From an uncultured Planctomycetia bacterium (GTDB taxonomy: Bacteria; Omnitrophota; Gorgyraeia; 2-02-FULL-51-18; CAYJSE01): a stretch of DNA of 64,000 nt. The DNA lies in NCBI GenBank assembly GCA_964372765.1, contig CAYJSE010000001.1, positions 50,755 to 114,754 of the forward strand, read 5' to 3'. The notes under the pieces are model-generated. The model did not search any database and had not been told where the DNA came from. It saw nothing but the letters and a program-made list of their open reading frames with translations. Positions 48,310 to 59,598 of this stretch are shown here, piece by piece; the first letter of the stretch is position 1, and the number at the start of each line of letters is the position of its first letter. The translations under genes and the position numbers were made by a program.

Positions 48310-49787
48310 TCCTGGTCGGTGTTTCGGCCGGGCTTTTGGCATTGCCGTTTCACTTCGGCGAGCTCTACGGTCTCGCGTTTTTCGCGTTTCTGCCCTATTT
48401 TTTCGCTATTCGCGATCAATCTGCCGGTGATGTTTTTAAATATTCTTACCTATTCGGGATAGGCTTCTTTTTATTGCTCGGATTTTGGCTCGTGTATGTT
48501 TCGGTGCTGGGATTTATCTTGATGGTGCTGTATCTGGGGCTTTATTTCGCGTTGTTTGGCGCGGCAAGCGGGTATTTTCTAAATACGGCGCCGCTTGGGA
48601 TGCGGACGGCTATTTTTCTGCCGGCATTTTGGGTGGTGGCGGAGTGGCTGCGCGGATGGCTGATCCTGGGTGGGTGTCCGTGGGCGCTTTTGGGCTACAC
48701 GCAGTGGAAAAATATTCCGGTGATCCAGATCGCGGATATGGGCGGCGCGTACTTCGTTTCATTTTTTGTGCTGCTTGTCAATGTCGCGTTTTACGTGATG
48801 ATCCGCCGGCGCGCGCGGCCATTCTTGGTATTTTTCGTTTTCGCGTGGACACTGGTGCTGGGCTACGGCTTCTGGCGGATTGGCTCTTTGGAACCGCGCC
48901 AAGGAACGTTTAAAATTTCTGTGATTCAAGGCAATATCCCGCAGGAAAAAAAATGGGATAAGCGCATCAAAAGCATCATTTTTGAAAAGTATAAACACCT
49001 GACGCTGATGGCCGCCGAGGAGAGGCCGGACTTAATCGTGTGGCCCGAGACGTCGTTTCCGGGGTATCTCGAGGATGAACCGCTTCTATCGGTGCATCTA
49101 CGCGCGCTGGTGCGCGCGGCGAGAACCGAGCTTCTGGTCGGTGCGCCGACATTTGGAAGCATGGCTCAGGGACTCAAGTTTTTTAACAGCGCCATCTTTT
49201 ACGGCTCGAATGGCGAAGAGAAAGCGCGCTACAACAAGGTGCATCTGGTGCCCTTCGGGGAGTATGTGCCGCTGGAGTCGGTGATCGGGTTTATCCGGCG
49301 CTTTGTGGCGATCGGGCGCTTTAGTCCGGGCCAGACGCAGACGGTTTTAACGACGGCAAAAAAATATAAGTTCGGCGTTCTCATCTGCTACGAAGACACG
49401 TTTCCGAGTCTTGTACGAAATCTCGCGGGGAAGGGCGTCGATTTTGTGGTGAACATCACGAACGATGCGTGGTTTGGGAAAACCACGGCGCCGTATCAGC
49501 ACGCGCAAGCGTCTGTATTTCGCGCGGTGGAGAATCGGATTCCGGTGGTGCGCGCGGCGAACACGGGGTTGTCCTGCTTTATCACACCGGAGGGGAAGAT
49601 TTTGTCATCCGTGCAGGATCAAGGGGAGGAAATTTTCGTGACTGGATACAAAACACAAGACATCTATTTTGTAAAGGCCAAGACGCTCTACACGCTCTTC
49701 GGCGACGTGTTTGTCTATCTCTGCATCGGTTTATCGGCGCTTGCCTTTCGCGACAAATCCCTCTCGACCCCCTACACTAGAGTTTAG
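48294..49787 (+). CDS. lnt: Apolipoprotein N-acyltransferase
   Basis: N-terminal polytopic membrane domain followed by a CN-hydrolase domain (E...K...C triad context VIQGNIPQ..., [17 protein letters not shown]). Confidence 0.85.
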   Translation: MPRQLVLVGVSAGLLALPFHFGELYGLAFFAFLPYFFAIRDQSAGDVFKYSYLFGIGFFLLLGFWLVYVSVLGFILMVLYLGLYFALFGAASGYFLNTAPLGMRTAIFLPAFWVVAEWLRGWLILGGCPWALLGYTQWKNIPVIQIADMGGAYFVSFFVLLVNVAFYVMIRRRARPFLVFFVFAWTLVLGYGFWRIGSLEPRQGTFKISVIQGNIPQEKKWDKRIKSIIFEKYKHLTLMAAEERPDLIVWPETSFPGYLEDEPLLSVHLRALVRAARTELLVGAPTFGSMAQGLKFFNSAIFYGSNGEEKARYNKVHLVPFGEYVPLESVIGFIRRFVAIGRFSPGQTQTVLTTAKKYKFGVLICYEDTFPSLVRNLAGKGVDFVVNITNDAWFGKTTAPYQHAQASVFRAVENRIPVVRAANTGLSCFITPEGKILSSVQDQGEEIFVTGYKTQDIYFVKAKTLYTLFGDVFVYLCIGLSALAFRDKSLSTPYTRV

Positions 49788-49865
49788 CCAATAAAACTTA
49801 CCGTTAATAGAACGTTAATTGATAATAAAAATTCCTCTAACCTATTGGTGATTCTTGAGTTGTAG

Positions 49866-49889
49866 AGGGACAGTCCCGGGACTGTCCCT
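49866..49889. promoter_or_regulatory. Perfect 24-bp palindrome AGGGACAGTCCCGGGACTGTCCCT (putative dimeric regulator operator)
   Basis: Exact dyad symmetry. A third GACAGTC half-site recurs at 49904-49910 inside the lysS -35. No T-tract follows, so an intrinsic terminator is unlikely. Confidence 0.5.
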
Positions 49890-49902
49890 GGTTATGGTTA
49901 AT

Positions 49903-49931
49903 TGACAGTCTACGGCTAAGCCGCTAGAATA
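49903..49931 (+). promoter_or_regulatory. Consensus sigma70-type promoter upstream of lysS
   Basis: TTGACA (49903-49908), a 17-nt spacer, then TAGAAT (49926-49931). The lysS ATG at 49941 lies about 9 nt after the -10, implying a leaderless or very short-leader transcript. Confidence 0.5.
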
Positions 49932-49940
49932 AGACTTTTT

Positions 49941-51401
49941 ATGGAAGAATCCAGCGACATCCTCCAAGCGCGGCGTAAAAAACTCGAGGCGATACAAGCC
50001 CTGGGTGTGTACCCTTATGGCGGTCAGTTTCCCAAGGGGAAGCTATTGGCGTCGCTGGTCGAAAATTTCCAGGAAAACCAAAAAGTGGAGACGGCTGGGC
50101 GGCTCGCGGCTGTGCGCGCGATGGGTAAAAGTGTTTTTTGCGATCTGCGTGATGAGTCGGGGCGCATCCAGCTTTATGTGAAGCGCGATCATCTGTCCGA
50201 GGCGGACTACGCGCTTTTCGAGCATCTCGATATCGGCGATATCGTCGGCGTGCGCGGGGAACTCTTTAAGACTAAAACCGGTGAGATCACGATCCGCGTG
50301 GAGGGCCTCCAGCTTTTATCGAAGAGCCTGCGGCCGATGCCGGAAAAGTGGCACGGCTTAAAAGATATCGAGGCGCGCTACCGCCAGCGGTATCTCGATC
50401 TTATATCCAACCCGGAGTCCAAAGAGATTTTTAAGAAACGCTCGCTTGTGATCCGCGCGGTGCGCCGCTACCTGGATGATCACGGATACCTCGAAGTCGA
50501 AACGCCGATGATGCACCCGATCCCCGGCGGCGCGGCCGGCAAGCCGTTTAAAACGCATCACGAAGCGCTGGACATCGATTTATTTTTACGCGTGGCGCCG
50601 GAACTTTATTTAAAACGGCTACTCGTGGGCGGTTTCGATAAAGTGTATGAAATCAACAAAAGTTTCCGTAACGAAGGCATCTCGACGCGACACAATCCGG
50701 AGTTTACGATGCTTGAGGTGTACACGGCCTACAGCCATGTGGAGGGTGTGATGGCGCTCACCGAAGAAATCGTAAAAAATGTCGCGCAAGAGGCGTTTGG
50801 GACGCTGAAGCTCGAGTTTCCGGGCGGCACCGTCGATTTGTCACGCTGGGAACGCGTATCGTTTGCGGAGCTGATGGAAAGAAATTTTAACATTCAGGCC
50901 GCGGACCCGATCGAAACTTGGCGAGAAAAATTAAAAACCAAAGGCCATGATATCCCCAACGTTTCGCGCACACAGCTCATCAATATCGTGGGTGAGCTGA
51001 TCCAGCCGGAAAAGGATCTTTCTAAAAAAGGTCGCCCGATTTTCGTGACCGACTATTTTACCGAGCTTTGTCCGTTGGCCAAGAAAAATCCAAAAAACCA
51101 TTTTTTAAGCGAACGCTTTGAGCTCTACATCGGCGGCATGGAGATCGCGAACGGTTATTCGGAGCTGAACGATCCCGTGGAGCAGAAAGAAAGACTTTTG
51201 GAAGAACTGCGCGAAAAGGGCAAAAACGCCACGGCCGACACGCTGGACGAGGATTTCATCGCGGCCCTGGAGTACGGCATGCCGCCGGCTGGGGGCCTGG
51301 GCATCGGCATCGATCGGCTCGTTATGATTTTGACGGGGCAGGAATCCATCCGCGAAGTGATTTTATTTCCACAGATGCGCCCGGGAAGTCCCGCCGCATG
51401 A
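49941..51401 (+). CDS. lysS: Lysine--tRNA ligase (class II)
   Basis: OB-fold anticodon-binding domain (VETAGRLAAVRAMGKSVFCDLRDESGRIQLY) and class II motifs (FRNEGISTRHNPEFTMLE; GGLGIGIDRLVM). Confidence 0.95.
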   Translation: MEESSDILQARRKKLEAIQALGVYPYGGQFPKGKLLASLVENFQENQKVETAGRLAAVRAMGKSVFCDLRDESGRIQLYVKRDHLSEADYALFEHLDIGDIVGVRGELFKTKTGEITIRVEGLQLLSKSLRPMPEKWHGLKDIEARYRQRYLDLISNPESKEIFKKRSLVIRAVRRYLDDHGYLEVETPMMHPIPGGAAGKPFKTHHEALDIDLFLRVAPELYLKRLLVGGFDKVYEINKSFRNEGISTRHNPEFTMLEVYTAYSHVEGVMALTEEIVKNVAQEAFGTLKLEFPGGTVDLSRWERVSFAELMERNFNIQAADPIETWREKLKTKGHDIPNVSRTQLINIVGELIQPEKDLSKKGRPIFVTDYFTELCPLAKKNPKNHFLSERFELYIGGMEIANGYSELNDPVEQKERLLEELREKGKNATADTLDEDFIAALEYGMPPAGGLGIGIDRLVMILTGQESIREVILFPQMRPGSPAA

Positions 51402-52579
51402 GCTGGGAGCTGTGGCTTTCGATGCGTTATCTCTGGAGCCGTAACCGGCACCCATTTGTGGGCATCGGCGGCACGGTGTCTATTTTGGGAATCGGCGTGG
51501 GTGTGGCTGCGTTGATCGTGGTGCTGGCCGTGATGAATGGTTTCGACGAGGATCTTCGCAGCCGTATTATCGGAACACGGGCGCATCTCGTGGTTGAAAA
51601 AGATGGGGCGTTCACCGATTTTGAGGCGACCGCCGGGCGCGTCAAGTCGCTGGACGGCGTCAAAGGCGTGGCGCCCTATGTGGAAGGCCAAGCGCTGGTA
51701 CAAAAGGCTGACTGGACGCAGGGCGCCCTAGTGCGCGGCGTGGATGTTGAAAAAGAAAAAACCGCCACCGATTTTTTTGATTACCTGACTGAAGGGACGC
51801 TCACGGACGTGCCGGGACGCGTGGTGGTGGGTTCGGAGCTGGCAAAGCGTTTTCATCTCGGCGTGGGTTCTTCCGTTTCAATTGTATCGCTGGCTACTAA
51901 GAAACCTGCCGCTTATGAAGTCGAGGGGATTTTTCAATCCGGGCTCTACGAATACGACGCAAATCTTATTTTTCTAAATTTCGCAACCGCACAAAAACTT
52001 TTGGGATTTCAATCCGCCGCGAGCGGCCTCTCGGTGGCGATTCAGGATCCGCAGAAAGCCGCGGAGTTTAAGACGCGGATACAGTCAGAACTTCAGTATC
52101 CGTACTACGCGCGCACGTGGATGGAAATGAACAAGACGCTTTTCGGCGCGCTCAAACTCGAAAAAATCGTGATGTTTTTTATCTTATCGCTCATCGTCCT
52201 CGTCGCGTGTCTTAATATTGCGGGTAGTCTCACGATGCTCGTGATGGATAAGACCAAGGATATCGGGATCTTAAAGGCGATCGGCGCCGCTTCGGGCAGC
52301 ATCGTGACGATCTTTGCACTGGACGGTTTTTTGATCGGTGCCGTGGGTGCCGGGCTGGGACTCGGCGCTGGTGTCGGCCTGTGTGAACTTTTGAAATGGT
52401 ATTCGTTCGTCGAACTGCCCAAAGAGATTTACTATTTTGACCGCTTGCCGGTTGCGATGTCTTGGAATGACACCGCGATGATCGTGGGCGTCGCGGTGTT
52501 TTTAAGCTTTTTATCCGCGATCTATCCGTCGCTTCTAACGGGCCGGTTGGATCCGGTGAAGGCGCTGCGCTGCGAATGA
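51398..52579 (+). CDS. lolC: Lipoprotein-releasing system permease (FtsX-like, LolC/LolE family)
   Basis: 4-TM FtsX-type permease with a large periplasmic loop, ~390 aa, followed by lolD. Confidence 0.8.
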   Translation: MSWELWLSMRYLWSRNRHPFVGIGGTVSILGIGVGVAALIVVLAVMNGFDEDLRSRIIGTRAHLVVEKDGAFTDFEATAGRVKSLDGVKGVAPYVEGQALVQKADWTQGALVRGVDVEKEKTATDFFDYLTEGTLTDVPGRVVVGSELAKRFHLGVGSSVSIVSLATKKPAAYEVEGIFQSGLYEYDANLIFLNFATAQKLLGFQSAASGLSVAIQDPQKAAEFKTRIQSELQYPYYARTWMEMNKTLFGALKLEKIVMFFILSLIVLVACLNIAGSLTMLVMDKTKDIGILKAIGAASGSIVTIFALDGFLIGAVGAGLGLGAGVGLCELLKWYSFVELPKEIYYFDRLPVAMSWNDTAMIVGVAVFLSFLSAIYPSLLTGRLDPVKALRCE

Positions 52580-53271
52580 CGTCTCTTGTGACCTTAACCC
52601 AAACAGTTATTGAAGTTAGGGCTTTAAGCAAGGTATACTGGGACGGTGGCTGGCGTCTTGAGATATTGAAAAATATTTCATTGGCGGTCGAGGAAGGCGA
52701 GGGAGTCGCGATACTCGGCCCCTCGGGCTCCGGTAAAACGACACTGCTCAATTTGCTGGCCGGGTTGGACAAACCGAGTGCCGGTTCGATCTTTTTAAAC
52801 GGGAAAGCGACGCAGGGACTAAGCGCAGGGGCGTGGGCACGAATAAGAAACGAAAAACTCGGCCTTGTTTTTCAATCGTATCACCTTCTATCCGAACTCA
52901 CAGCGCGAGAAAATGTGCTGCTGCCTGCGCTTTTTTATCCCAAGCGTTCGCGGCGCGAAAATAACATCCGGGCCGAAGAACTTTTGCGGCGCGTAGGGCT
53001 CGGGAGCCGTTTGGGACATTTTCCGGCTCAGCTCTCCGGCGGCGAGCGGCAGCGCGTGGCGATCGCGCGCGCGCTCGTGAATGATCCCGAGATCGTGCTC
53101 TGCGACGAGCCAACCGGTAACCTGGATCTTGGCACCGGCGCCGAGATCGCGGAGCTTTTGAGAAGTCTGTCGAAGGCGCACGGAAAAACGGTGCTCACGG
53201 TCACGCACGATGAGCGTATCGCGAAAGGCGCCGATCGGGTTTTGGAATTACCAAAATTAAATGAGGGATAA
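52576..53271 (+). CDS. lolD: Lipoprotein-releasing system ATP-binding protein LolD
   Basis: ABC ATPase: GPSGSGKTTLLN Walker A, LSGGERQRVAIARAL signature, VLCDEPTGNLD Walker B. Confidence 0.8.
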   Translation: MTSLVTLTQTVIEVRALSKVYWDGGWRLEILKNISLAVEEGEGVAILGPSGSGKTTLLNLLAGLDKPSAGSIFLNGKATQGLSAGAWARIRNEKLGLVFQSYHLLSELTARENVLLPALFYPKRSRRENNIRAEELLRRVGLGSRLGHFPAQLSGGERQRVAIARALVNDPEIVLCDEPTGNLDLGTGAEIAELLRSLSKAHGKTVLTVTHDERIAKGADRVLELPKLNEG

Positions 53272-53273
53272 CG

Positions 53274-54152
53274 ATGGGTTTTAAAATTTACATCAACGGA
53301 AAGCTGGTGGAGCGCGCTGAAGCGGTGATCAGCGTGTTTGACCACGGACTTCTGTACGGAGACGGAGTGTTTGAAGGAATTCGTTCCTACAACGGCCGCG
53401 TGTTTAGACTGCACGAACACATTGACAGGCTTTTTCAATCGGCGCGTTCGATCATGCTGGAGATCCCCATGACGAAACGCGAGCTGGAATCGGCCGTGAT
53501 CCACACGCTTCAGGCCAACCGTATCTGGGACGCCTATGTCCGGCTCATCGTAACCCGCGGCGTCGGAGACCTGGGATTGGATCCACGCAAGTGCCCGAAG
53601 CCGACGATTGTTATCATCACCGACAAAATCATGCTGTATCCGAAGGAACACTACGAAAAAGGCATCGAGCTTGTGACGGTGCCGACGGTGCGCAATCACC
53701 CCGAGGCGCTGAACCCCCAGATCAAGTCGCTCAATTACCTGAATAACATCTTGGCAAAAATAGAGGCGACCAATTCCGGCGTGGATGAGGCGATTCTGCT
53801 CAACGCTCAAGGCTATGTGACCGAATGCACCGGTGAAAATATTTTTTACGTCAAAGATCACACGGTGATCACGCCGCCGACGTATGTGGGTATCTTGAAA
53901 GGCATCACACGCGATGTCGTGATGGATCTCGCGCAAAAACTAGGGGCTCACGCGCGCGAAGATGTATTCTCGCGGCACAATCTTTACACGGCCAACGAAG
54001 TGTTTTTAACCGGAACGGCCGCCGAGATCGTGCCGGTGATCAAGATCGACAATCGGCCGATCGGCGAAGGCCGGCCCGGGCCGGTGACGAGGAAGCTCAT
54101 GACGCAGTTTCGGAAATTGACCGCGAAAGAAGGGATTCCCTACAGAACGTGA
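53274..54152 (+). CDS. ilvE: Branched-chain amino acid aminotransferase (PLP fold type IV)
   Basis: HGLLYGDGVFEGIRSY...E(A)ILLN...GITR motifs of class IV aminotransferases. Confidence 0.8.
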   Translation: MGFKIYINGKLVERAEAVISVFDHGLLYGDGVFEGIRSYNGRVFRLHEHIDRLFQSARSIMLEIPMTKRELESAVIHTLQANRIWDAYVRLIVTRGVGDLGLDPRKCPKPTIVIITDKIMLYPKEHYEKGIELVTVPTVRNHPEALNPQIKSLNYLNNILAKIEATNSGVDEAILLNAQGYVTECTGENIFYVKDHTVITPPTYVGILKGITRDVVMDLAQKLGAHAREDVFSRHNLYTANEVFLTGTAAEIVPVIKIDNRPIGEGRPGPVTRKLMTQFRKLTAKEGIPYRT

Positions 54153-54685
54153 TGCTCTGCGACGCTTGCGGCAAAAATAAGGCTACGGTTCATCTGACCG
54201 AGATCGTGAACGAGCAGATTACGAAACTCAACTTGTGCGAGACCTGCGCGAAGGAAAAAGGCTCTGAGATGGAGCAACACTTTGGAATCGCGGATCTTTT
54301 GTCCGGTTTATCCGACGTGGAAGCGGCGCCGGCCACCGAGACCGGCGGCGTGACGAAAGCCAAGTGCGGTCAGTGCGGCATGGTGTACGAAGACTTTAAA
54401 AAACTGGGTAGACTCGGCTGCAGCGGGTGCTACGCGGTGTTTAGGCCGAGGCTGGCGCCGCTTTTAAAGCGTATTCACGGCTCCAGCCATCACATGGGCA
54501 AGTCGCCGAACCCGGAGTTCGCGAAGGAGTACAAGGCGACCACGAAGGTGCGCGATGAATTGGAGGCCGCGAAGGCGCAGTTGGAACGCGCGGTGAAGGC
54601 CGAGGAGTTCGAAGAGGCCGCAGCTCTGCGAGACAAGATTAAATTTTTAGAGAAAAAATTGACGGATCCCAAGGCCAAGGTATGA
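54149..54685 (+). CDS. mcsA: Protein arginine kinase activator McsA (zinc fingers + UVR motif)
   Basis: Four CxxC pairs (CDAC, CETC, CGQC, CSGC) and a C-terminal UVR motif EEFEEAAALRDKIKFLE. It is immediately followed by mcsB. Confidence 0.75.
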   Translation: MMLCDACGKNKATVHLTEIVNEQITKLNLCETCAKEKGSEMEQHFGIADLLSGLSDVEAAPATETGGVTKAKCGQCGMVYEDFKKLGRLGCSGCYAVFRPRLAPLLKRIHGSSHHMGKSPNPEFAKEYKATTKVRDELEAAKAQLERAVKAEEFEEAAALRDKIKFLEKKLTDPKAKV

Positions 54686-55737
54686 CAAAACTAGACCATT
54701 TGTTGCGCCACACCTGTGAGTGGCTGAAAGGCACGGGCCCCAACTCCGATATCGTGCTCAGCTCGCGCGTGCGATTGGCGCGCAACGCCGAAGGGTATGC
54801 TTTTTCGCACTGGGCCAACAAAAAAGAGGCCAAGGAAGTGCTGTCGCTGTTGGAGGAGTCGGTGCTGTCGGTGGATCTGATGCGCGGGAGCTTGGTCGTG
54901 CATATTCAGGAAATCGACGACGTCGACAAACAGTTTTTATTGGAGCGGCATCTCGTGAGCCGCGAATTTATCGCCCACGCGGAATTTAAAACCGCGATCG
55001 TGAGCGAGCGCGAGATCACCAATATCATGATCAACGAGGAAGATCACCTGCGCGTGCAAGTGATGCAGTCGGGATTCAATCTACAGGAATGCTGGCGCAT
55101 CGCCAACCGCGTGGATGATGAGCTGATGAAGCGCGTGCGTTTCGCGTTTATCCCGGAGTGGGGTTATCTCACCGCATGTCCGACCAATACCGGCACGGGC
55201 TTGAGAGCGTCGGTGATGATGCATCTTCCGGCGCTTGTGATGACCAAGCAAGTGAACCGCGTGCTGCCCGCGATCACCAAGCTCGGCATGACGGCCCGCG
55301 GGCTCTACGGGGAGGGCACCGAGGCGGAGGGTAATTTTTTTCAGATTTCGAACCAGATCACGTTGGGTTCTTCCGAGGAAGACATCATCGATAACTTAGA
55401 GCGTATTATCCGCCAGGTGGTGGGTCATGAGGAGAACGCGCGGAAAACTCTGATGAAGCAAAATCGCGATGTGCTTCAGGATAAAATCGGCCGCGCCAAC
55501 GGAACCCTGCGCACCGCGCACATCATCAACACGAAAGAAACGTTGGGTCTTTTATCCACGGTGCGGCTCGGCGTGGATATGGGGCTGATCAACGATATTG
55601 ACCGGCGCGCGGTGAATGAGCTTTTTATTTTGACACAGCCGGCGCATCTGCAAAAAATCGAGGGGAAGATTTTAAGTTCGGCGCAACGGGACGTGAAACG
55701 CGCGTCGCTGATACGACGCCGCTTAGAGGGGAGATAA
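54682..55737 (+). CDS. mcsB: Protein arginine kinase McsB (ATP:guanido phosphotransferase family)
   Basis: Phosphagen-kinase-like catalytic domain with [12 protein letters not shown]. Confidence 0.85.
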   Translation: MTKLDHLLRHTCEWLKGTGPNSDIVLSSRVRLARNAEGYAFSHWANKKEAKEVLSLLEESVLSVDLMRGSLVVHIQEIDDVDKQFLLERHLVSREFIAHAEFKTAIVSEREITNIMINEEDHLRVQVMQSGFNLQECWRIANRVDDELMKRVRFAFIPEWGYLTACPTNTGTGLRASVMMHLPALVMTKQVNRVLPAITKLGMTARGLYGEGTEAEGNFFQISNQITLGSSEEDIIDNLERIIRQVVGHEENARKTLMKQNRDVLQDKIGRANGTLRTAHIINTKETLGLLSTVRLGVDMGLINDIDRRAVNELFILTQPAHLQKIEGKILSSAQRDVKRASLIRRRLEGR

Positions 55738-55738
55738 C

Positions 55739-58231
55739 ATGTTTAATAAATTTACCGAACGGGCGCGGAAAGTGATCCTGCTTTCCAAGCAAGAAGCCAA
55801 GCGGTTCAATCACGACTATATCGGTACCGAGCACGTTTTGCTCGGGCTTTTGAGAGAAGGCGAGGGCGTGGCCGCCGCGGTGCTGCAAAGTCTGGGCATG
55901 AATCTCAACAATATTCGCATGGAAGTGGAAAAGCTCGTTCAGCCGGGACCGACCACTGTGGTCTCCGGAGATCTGCCGTTTACGCCCAAGGCCAAAAAGG
56001 TGATGGAGATCGCGATGGAAGAGGCGCGCGCGTTGGGTCATAACTACATCGGCACCGAGCATCTGCTCCTGGGATTGATTCGCGAAGGTGAGGGTGTGGC
56101 GAGCCAAGTTTTCTTGAACATGGGGATGGATCTTGATCGCGTGCGTGAAGAGGTGATCAAGCTTCTGGGTTCCACGACGCCGGGTATTCCGCCCGGTCCT
56201 CCGCAAAGCGGGGGTCCGTTGCAAGGCGGCAGCGCGCCGACATCGGGGACCAAGGTGAAAACGCCGGCGCTAGACGCGTTCGGCCGGGATCTGACCAAGT
56301 TGGCGCGCGAAGGAAAGCTGGACCCCGTGATCGGCCGCGAAAATGAGATCGAGCGCGTGATGCAGATTCTCTCGCGCCGCACAAAAAATAATCCCGTGTT
56401 GCTCGGTGAGGCGGGTGTGGGAAAAACCGCGATTGTGGAAGGGTTGGCCCAGAAGGTAATCTCCGGGGAGATTCCAGAAATCCTGCGCAACAAACGCGTG
56501 ATCACGCTGGATCTGGCGCTCATGGTGGCGGGCACGAAATACCGCGGCCAATTTGAGGAGCGCATCAAGGCCGTGATGGACGAGATCAAGCGCTCGGAGA
56601 ATGTGATTATGTTTGTGGATGAGCTGCATACGCTGGTAGGCGCGGGCGGCGCCGAGGGTGCCATTGACGCCTCCAATATTTTGAAGCCGGCGCTGGCGCG
56701 CGGAGAGATCCAATGTGTCGGGGCCACGACGCTCGACGAATACCGTAAGTATATCGAAAAGGACGCGGCGCTCGAGCGTCGCTTCCAAACTATTATGGTG
56801 GACCCGCCTTCGGTGGAGGAAACGATTCTTATCCTGCGGGGCTTGAGGGATAGATACGAGGCGCATCACAAGGTAAAAATTTTAGATTCCGCGCTCGAGG
56901 CGGCGGCCAAGCTTTCGGACCGCTATATTTCGGGTCGTTTCCTGCCGGACAAGGCGATCGACCTGATTGACGAGGCGGGCGCCAACGCGCGGCTCTCGGC
57001 GCATACGACGCCGGAAGAGGTCAAAGAGTTTGAGAAAAAACTGGATCTTTTGAAGCGCGAGAAAGAAAACACGATCAAAGATCAGGATTTTGAAAAGGCC
57101 GCGGCGCTGCGCGACCAGGAGCGGGAGCTCCGCCGCCAGCTCGAAAAAACCAAGCGTGACTGGCGCGAATCGCGTTCGCAAATTGAGCTGGAGATCGGCG
57201 TCGATGAGATCGCGCGGATTGTGGCCAAGTGGACGGGAATTCCGCTGTCGCGTTTGGAGGAAAAGGAATCCGCGCGGCTACTGCGCATGGAGGACGAGAT
57301 CTCCCAGCGTGTCGTGGGTCAGCGGGAGGCGATCACCGCGATCTCGCGCGCTGTGCGCCGTTCGCGCGCGGGCCTGAAAGATCCCAAGCGCCCGATTGGT
57401 TCATTTATTTTCTTAGGTCCCACGGGCGTTGGCAAGACGCTGCTGGCGCGCGCGCTGGCCGAGTTTTTATTCGGCGATGAAAACGCGTTGATTCAGTTTG
57501 ACATGTCCGAGTATATGGAAAAGTTTAACGTCGCGCGTCTTGTCGGCGCCCCTCCGGGCTATGTGGGCTACGAAGAGGGCGGACAGCTTTCCGAGCGTGT
57601 GCGGCGGCGGCCGTACTGCGTGGTGCTATTTGACGAGATCGAAAAAGCGCATCCGGATGTATTCAATATTCTGCTCCAGGTTTTGGAGGACGGGCGTCTC
57701 ACGGATTCCATGGCCCGCAAGGTGGATTTTCGAAATACGCTGATCATCATGACCTCGAATGTCGGCGCCGATCTTTTAAGAAAACAGGGCAGTATCGGTT
57801 TCAAGAGCCAGGACGCGGTGGTGGATTATCAGGATATGAAAACGCGGCTCTTGGATGAGGTGAAGAGAGCGTTTAAGCCCGAGTTTTTAAACCGCATCGA
57901 CGATACGATCGTATTTCAGCGGCTGACGCGCGAGCATCTCGAGTATATCATCGACATTGAGGTGGACGGTTTGAAGAAGCGGCTGAAAGAAAAGGAAATC
58001 GAGCTCCAGCTGGACGCCAAGGCCAGGGATTTTTTGATCGATAAGGGGTTTGATCCCATATTTGGTGCGAGACCCCTGAAGCGCACGATTCAGCGTTACC
58101 TCGAGGACCCACTCTCGGAGGAGCTGATCGCCAAGCGCATTAAGCCGAACGATCTTGTCCGCGTCAGCGTCAAAAACGACGATCATCTTGTTTTTGAACA
58201 GAGCGCCACAAGCGTCGGCTCTTCGGGTTGA
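55739..58231 (+). CDS. clpC: ATP-dependent Clp protease ATP-binding subunit ClpC
   Basis: Duplicated Clp_N repeats, two AAA+ modules ([15 protein letters not shown]; [15 protein letters not shown]), a middle UVR motif, and the ClpP-binding loop region. The protein is 830 aa. Confidence 0.9.
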   Translation: MFNKFTERARKVILLSKQEAKRFNHDYIGTEHVLLGLLREGEGVAAAVLQSLGMNLNNIRMEVEKLVQPGPTTVVSGDLPFTPKAKKVMEIAMEEARALGHNYIGTEHLLLGLIREGEGVASQVFLNMGMDLDRVREEVIKLLGSTTPGIPPGPPQSGGPLQGGSAPTSGTKVKTPALDAFGRDLTKLAREGKLDPVIGRENEIERVMQILSRRTKNNPVLLGEAGVGKTAIVEGLAQKVISGEIPEILRNKRVITLDLALMVAGTKYRGQFEERIKAVMDEIKRSENVIMFVDELHTLVGAGGAEGAIDASNILKPALARGEIQCVGATTLDEYRKYIEKDAALERRFQTIMVDPPSVEETILILRGLRDRYEAHHKVKILDSALEAAAKLSDRYISGRFLPDKAIDLIDEAGANARLSAHTTPEEVKEFEKKLDLLKREKENTIKDQDFEKAAALRDQERELRRQLEKTKRDWRESRSQIELEIGVDEIARIVAKWTGIPLSRLEEKESARLLRMEDEISQRVVGQREAITAISRAVRRSRAGLKDPKRPIGSFIFLGPTGVGKTLLARALAEFLFGDENALIQFDMSEYMEKFNVARLVGAPPGYVGYEEGGQLSERVRRRPYCVVLFDEIEKAHPDVFNILLQVLEDGRLTDSMARKVDFRNTLIIMTSNVGADLLRKQGSIGFKSQDAVVDYQDMKTRLLDEVKRAFKPEFLNRIDDTIVFQRLTREHLEYIIDIEVDGLKKRLKEKEIELQLDAKARDFLIDKGFDPIFGARPLKRTIQRYLEDPLSEELIAKRIKPNDLVRVSVKNDDHLVFEQSATSVGSSG

Positions 58232-59586
58232 AAGTACTTGACCGTAAAAAGAAACACGCCTTTTGGCTGCGAGCGTTATGGGTCGGGGCTTTCGCGGCGA
58301 GTCTCTTTTTATTTTTGAAGGAGCGCCAAACGTTTATCGTAGAGCAGGCGTCCAACGCGCTCGAGAGCTGGATGAGCCGCGAGGTGGGTCTGGAGATCGA
58401 GATTGAGAAAACGGCCGGTGATTTGCGCGGCACCGTGACGTTTTCCGGCGTGCGGGTGCGGGACGAGGATTGGCAGGGGAAGCCGAGGGATGTTTTTTTG
58501 GCCAAGGCGATTATCGTGCGCTACCGCTTGCTGGATCTCATCTCAAAAAACCTGGTGCGGCGCATGGAGATCGAGGTGCTGGAGCCCGTGGTTTACTGGC
58601 GGCCGCGGCTGCAGGTGAGGAACTCGAAATTTTCTTTCTTCGCGTGGATGCATGAACTTCAGCTTCCGGAAACGCGGCAGGTGTATTTGACCGTGAAGAA
58701 TATGACGCTGGTGCTGGGGTCCGGGGAAAATCCGCTAACGGGAATTGACATGATGGTGAATCCTCCGACATTTCATATCGACGCGCCGATCCGGCATTGG
58801 CCGCTTGGGCGCTCAGACGTGTCCACGTTTTTTCGCATCGCCGGTCTCTACGAGCGGGGTTCGGGGCTGGTGGAAGAGGCGTTCGTGGGACATCTGGCGA
58901 CCGAAGGCACCGTGGTGAACTGGATGCCGGTTTCCAAAGAGTCTATTTTCGAGTTTACGTTTTCGGAAGCCGATTTTGTGATGCACTCCACCGACGCGGT
59001 AGGAGGGTTGAAAGTCGAAGCGCGGGTGGATTTCCAAAGCGAGTACGATCTCGAGCTTCAGGTGCACGGGCAGGATTATCCGCTGTCTTACTTGAAGCCG
59101 TTTGTGGCCGCGGTCGAGGGCGCGACGCTGCCGGAGCGCATGGATCTGGATCTCGGGCTTCGGGGCGCGCCGTGGGCGCCGCAGGTACGGCTCGACGCGC
59201 GTGTCTACCGGGGGTTTATGGGCTCCCAGTTTTTTAGAGTCATGGATGTTCACGGAGACGGCGTGTATCCGACGCTGGTGCTTTCGGGCTCACGTATCGT
59301 CACCGAAGACGGAACCGCGATGCGCTTCGCGAACAGCGTCGTGGATATGAAAGAACTGCTCGACTCCGCGACCTACGAGCGGCTGGTGGCAGAATCGGGC
59401 CAGGACGCGGTGGCCTGGGGCCGTTGGCAGTTGAGCCGCGAGAACTCGGTTTTAGAGGGACCCAACGCCGAATCGGGTCTGGAGTACAGCTTGAAATCTA
59501 AAAATTTGATAAAGATCGGCGTTCGCGAAGAAGAGGGCTTCAAAGACGAAGGTTTCGTGGGCGTTGAACGCAAAATGAAATTCTAG
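58228..59586 (+). CDS. Hypothetical membrane-anchored protein (N-terminal TM, beta-rich periplasmic body; AsmA/TamB-like is speculative)
   Basis: A 452-aa ORF with a single N-terminal hydrophobic helix. It lies between clpC and the mla operon. No motif is recognised. Confidence 0.5.
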   Translation: MKVLDRKKKHAFWLRALWVGAFAASLFLFLKERQTFIVEQASNALESWMSREVGLEIEIEKTAGDLRGTVTFSGVRVRDEDWQGKPRDVFLAKAIIVRYRLLDLISKNLVRRMEIEVLEPVVYWRPRLQVRNSKFSFFAWMHELQLPETRQVYLTVKNMTLVLGSGENPLTGIDMMVNPPTFHIDAPIRHWPLGRSDVSTFFRIAGLYERGSGLVEEAFVGHLATEGTVVNWMPVSKESIFEFTFSEADFVMHSTDAVGGLKVEARVDFQSEYDLELQVHGQDYPLSYLKPFVAAVEGATLPERMDLDLGLRGAPWAPQVRLDARVYRGFMGSQFFRVMDVHGDGVYPTLVLSGSRIVTEDGTAMRFANSVVDMKELLDSATYERLVAESGQDAVAWGRWQLSRENSVLEGPNAESGLEYSLKSKNLIKIGVREEEGFKDEGFVGVERKMKF

Positions 59587-59598
59587 GGGAGAGCTTTC

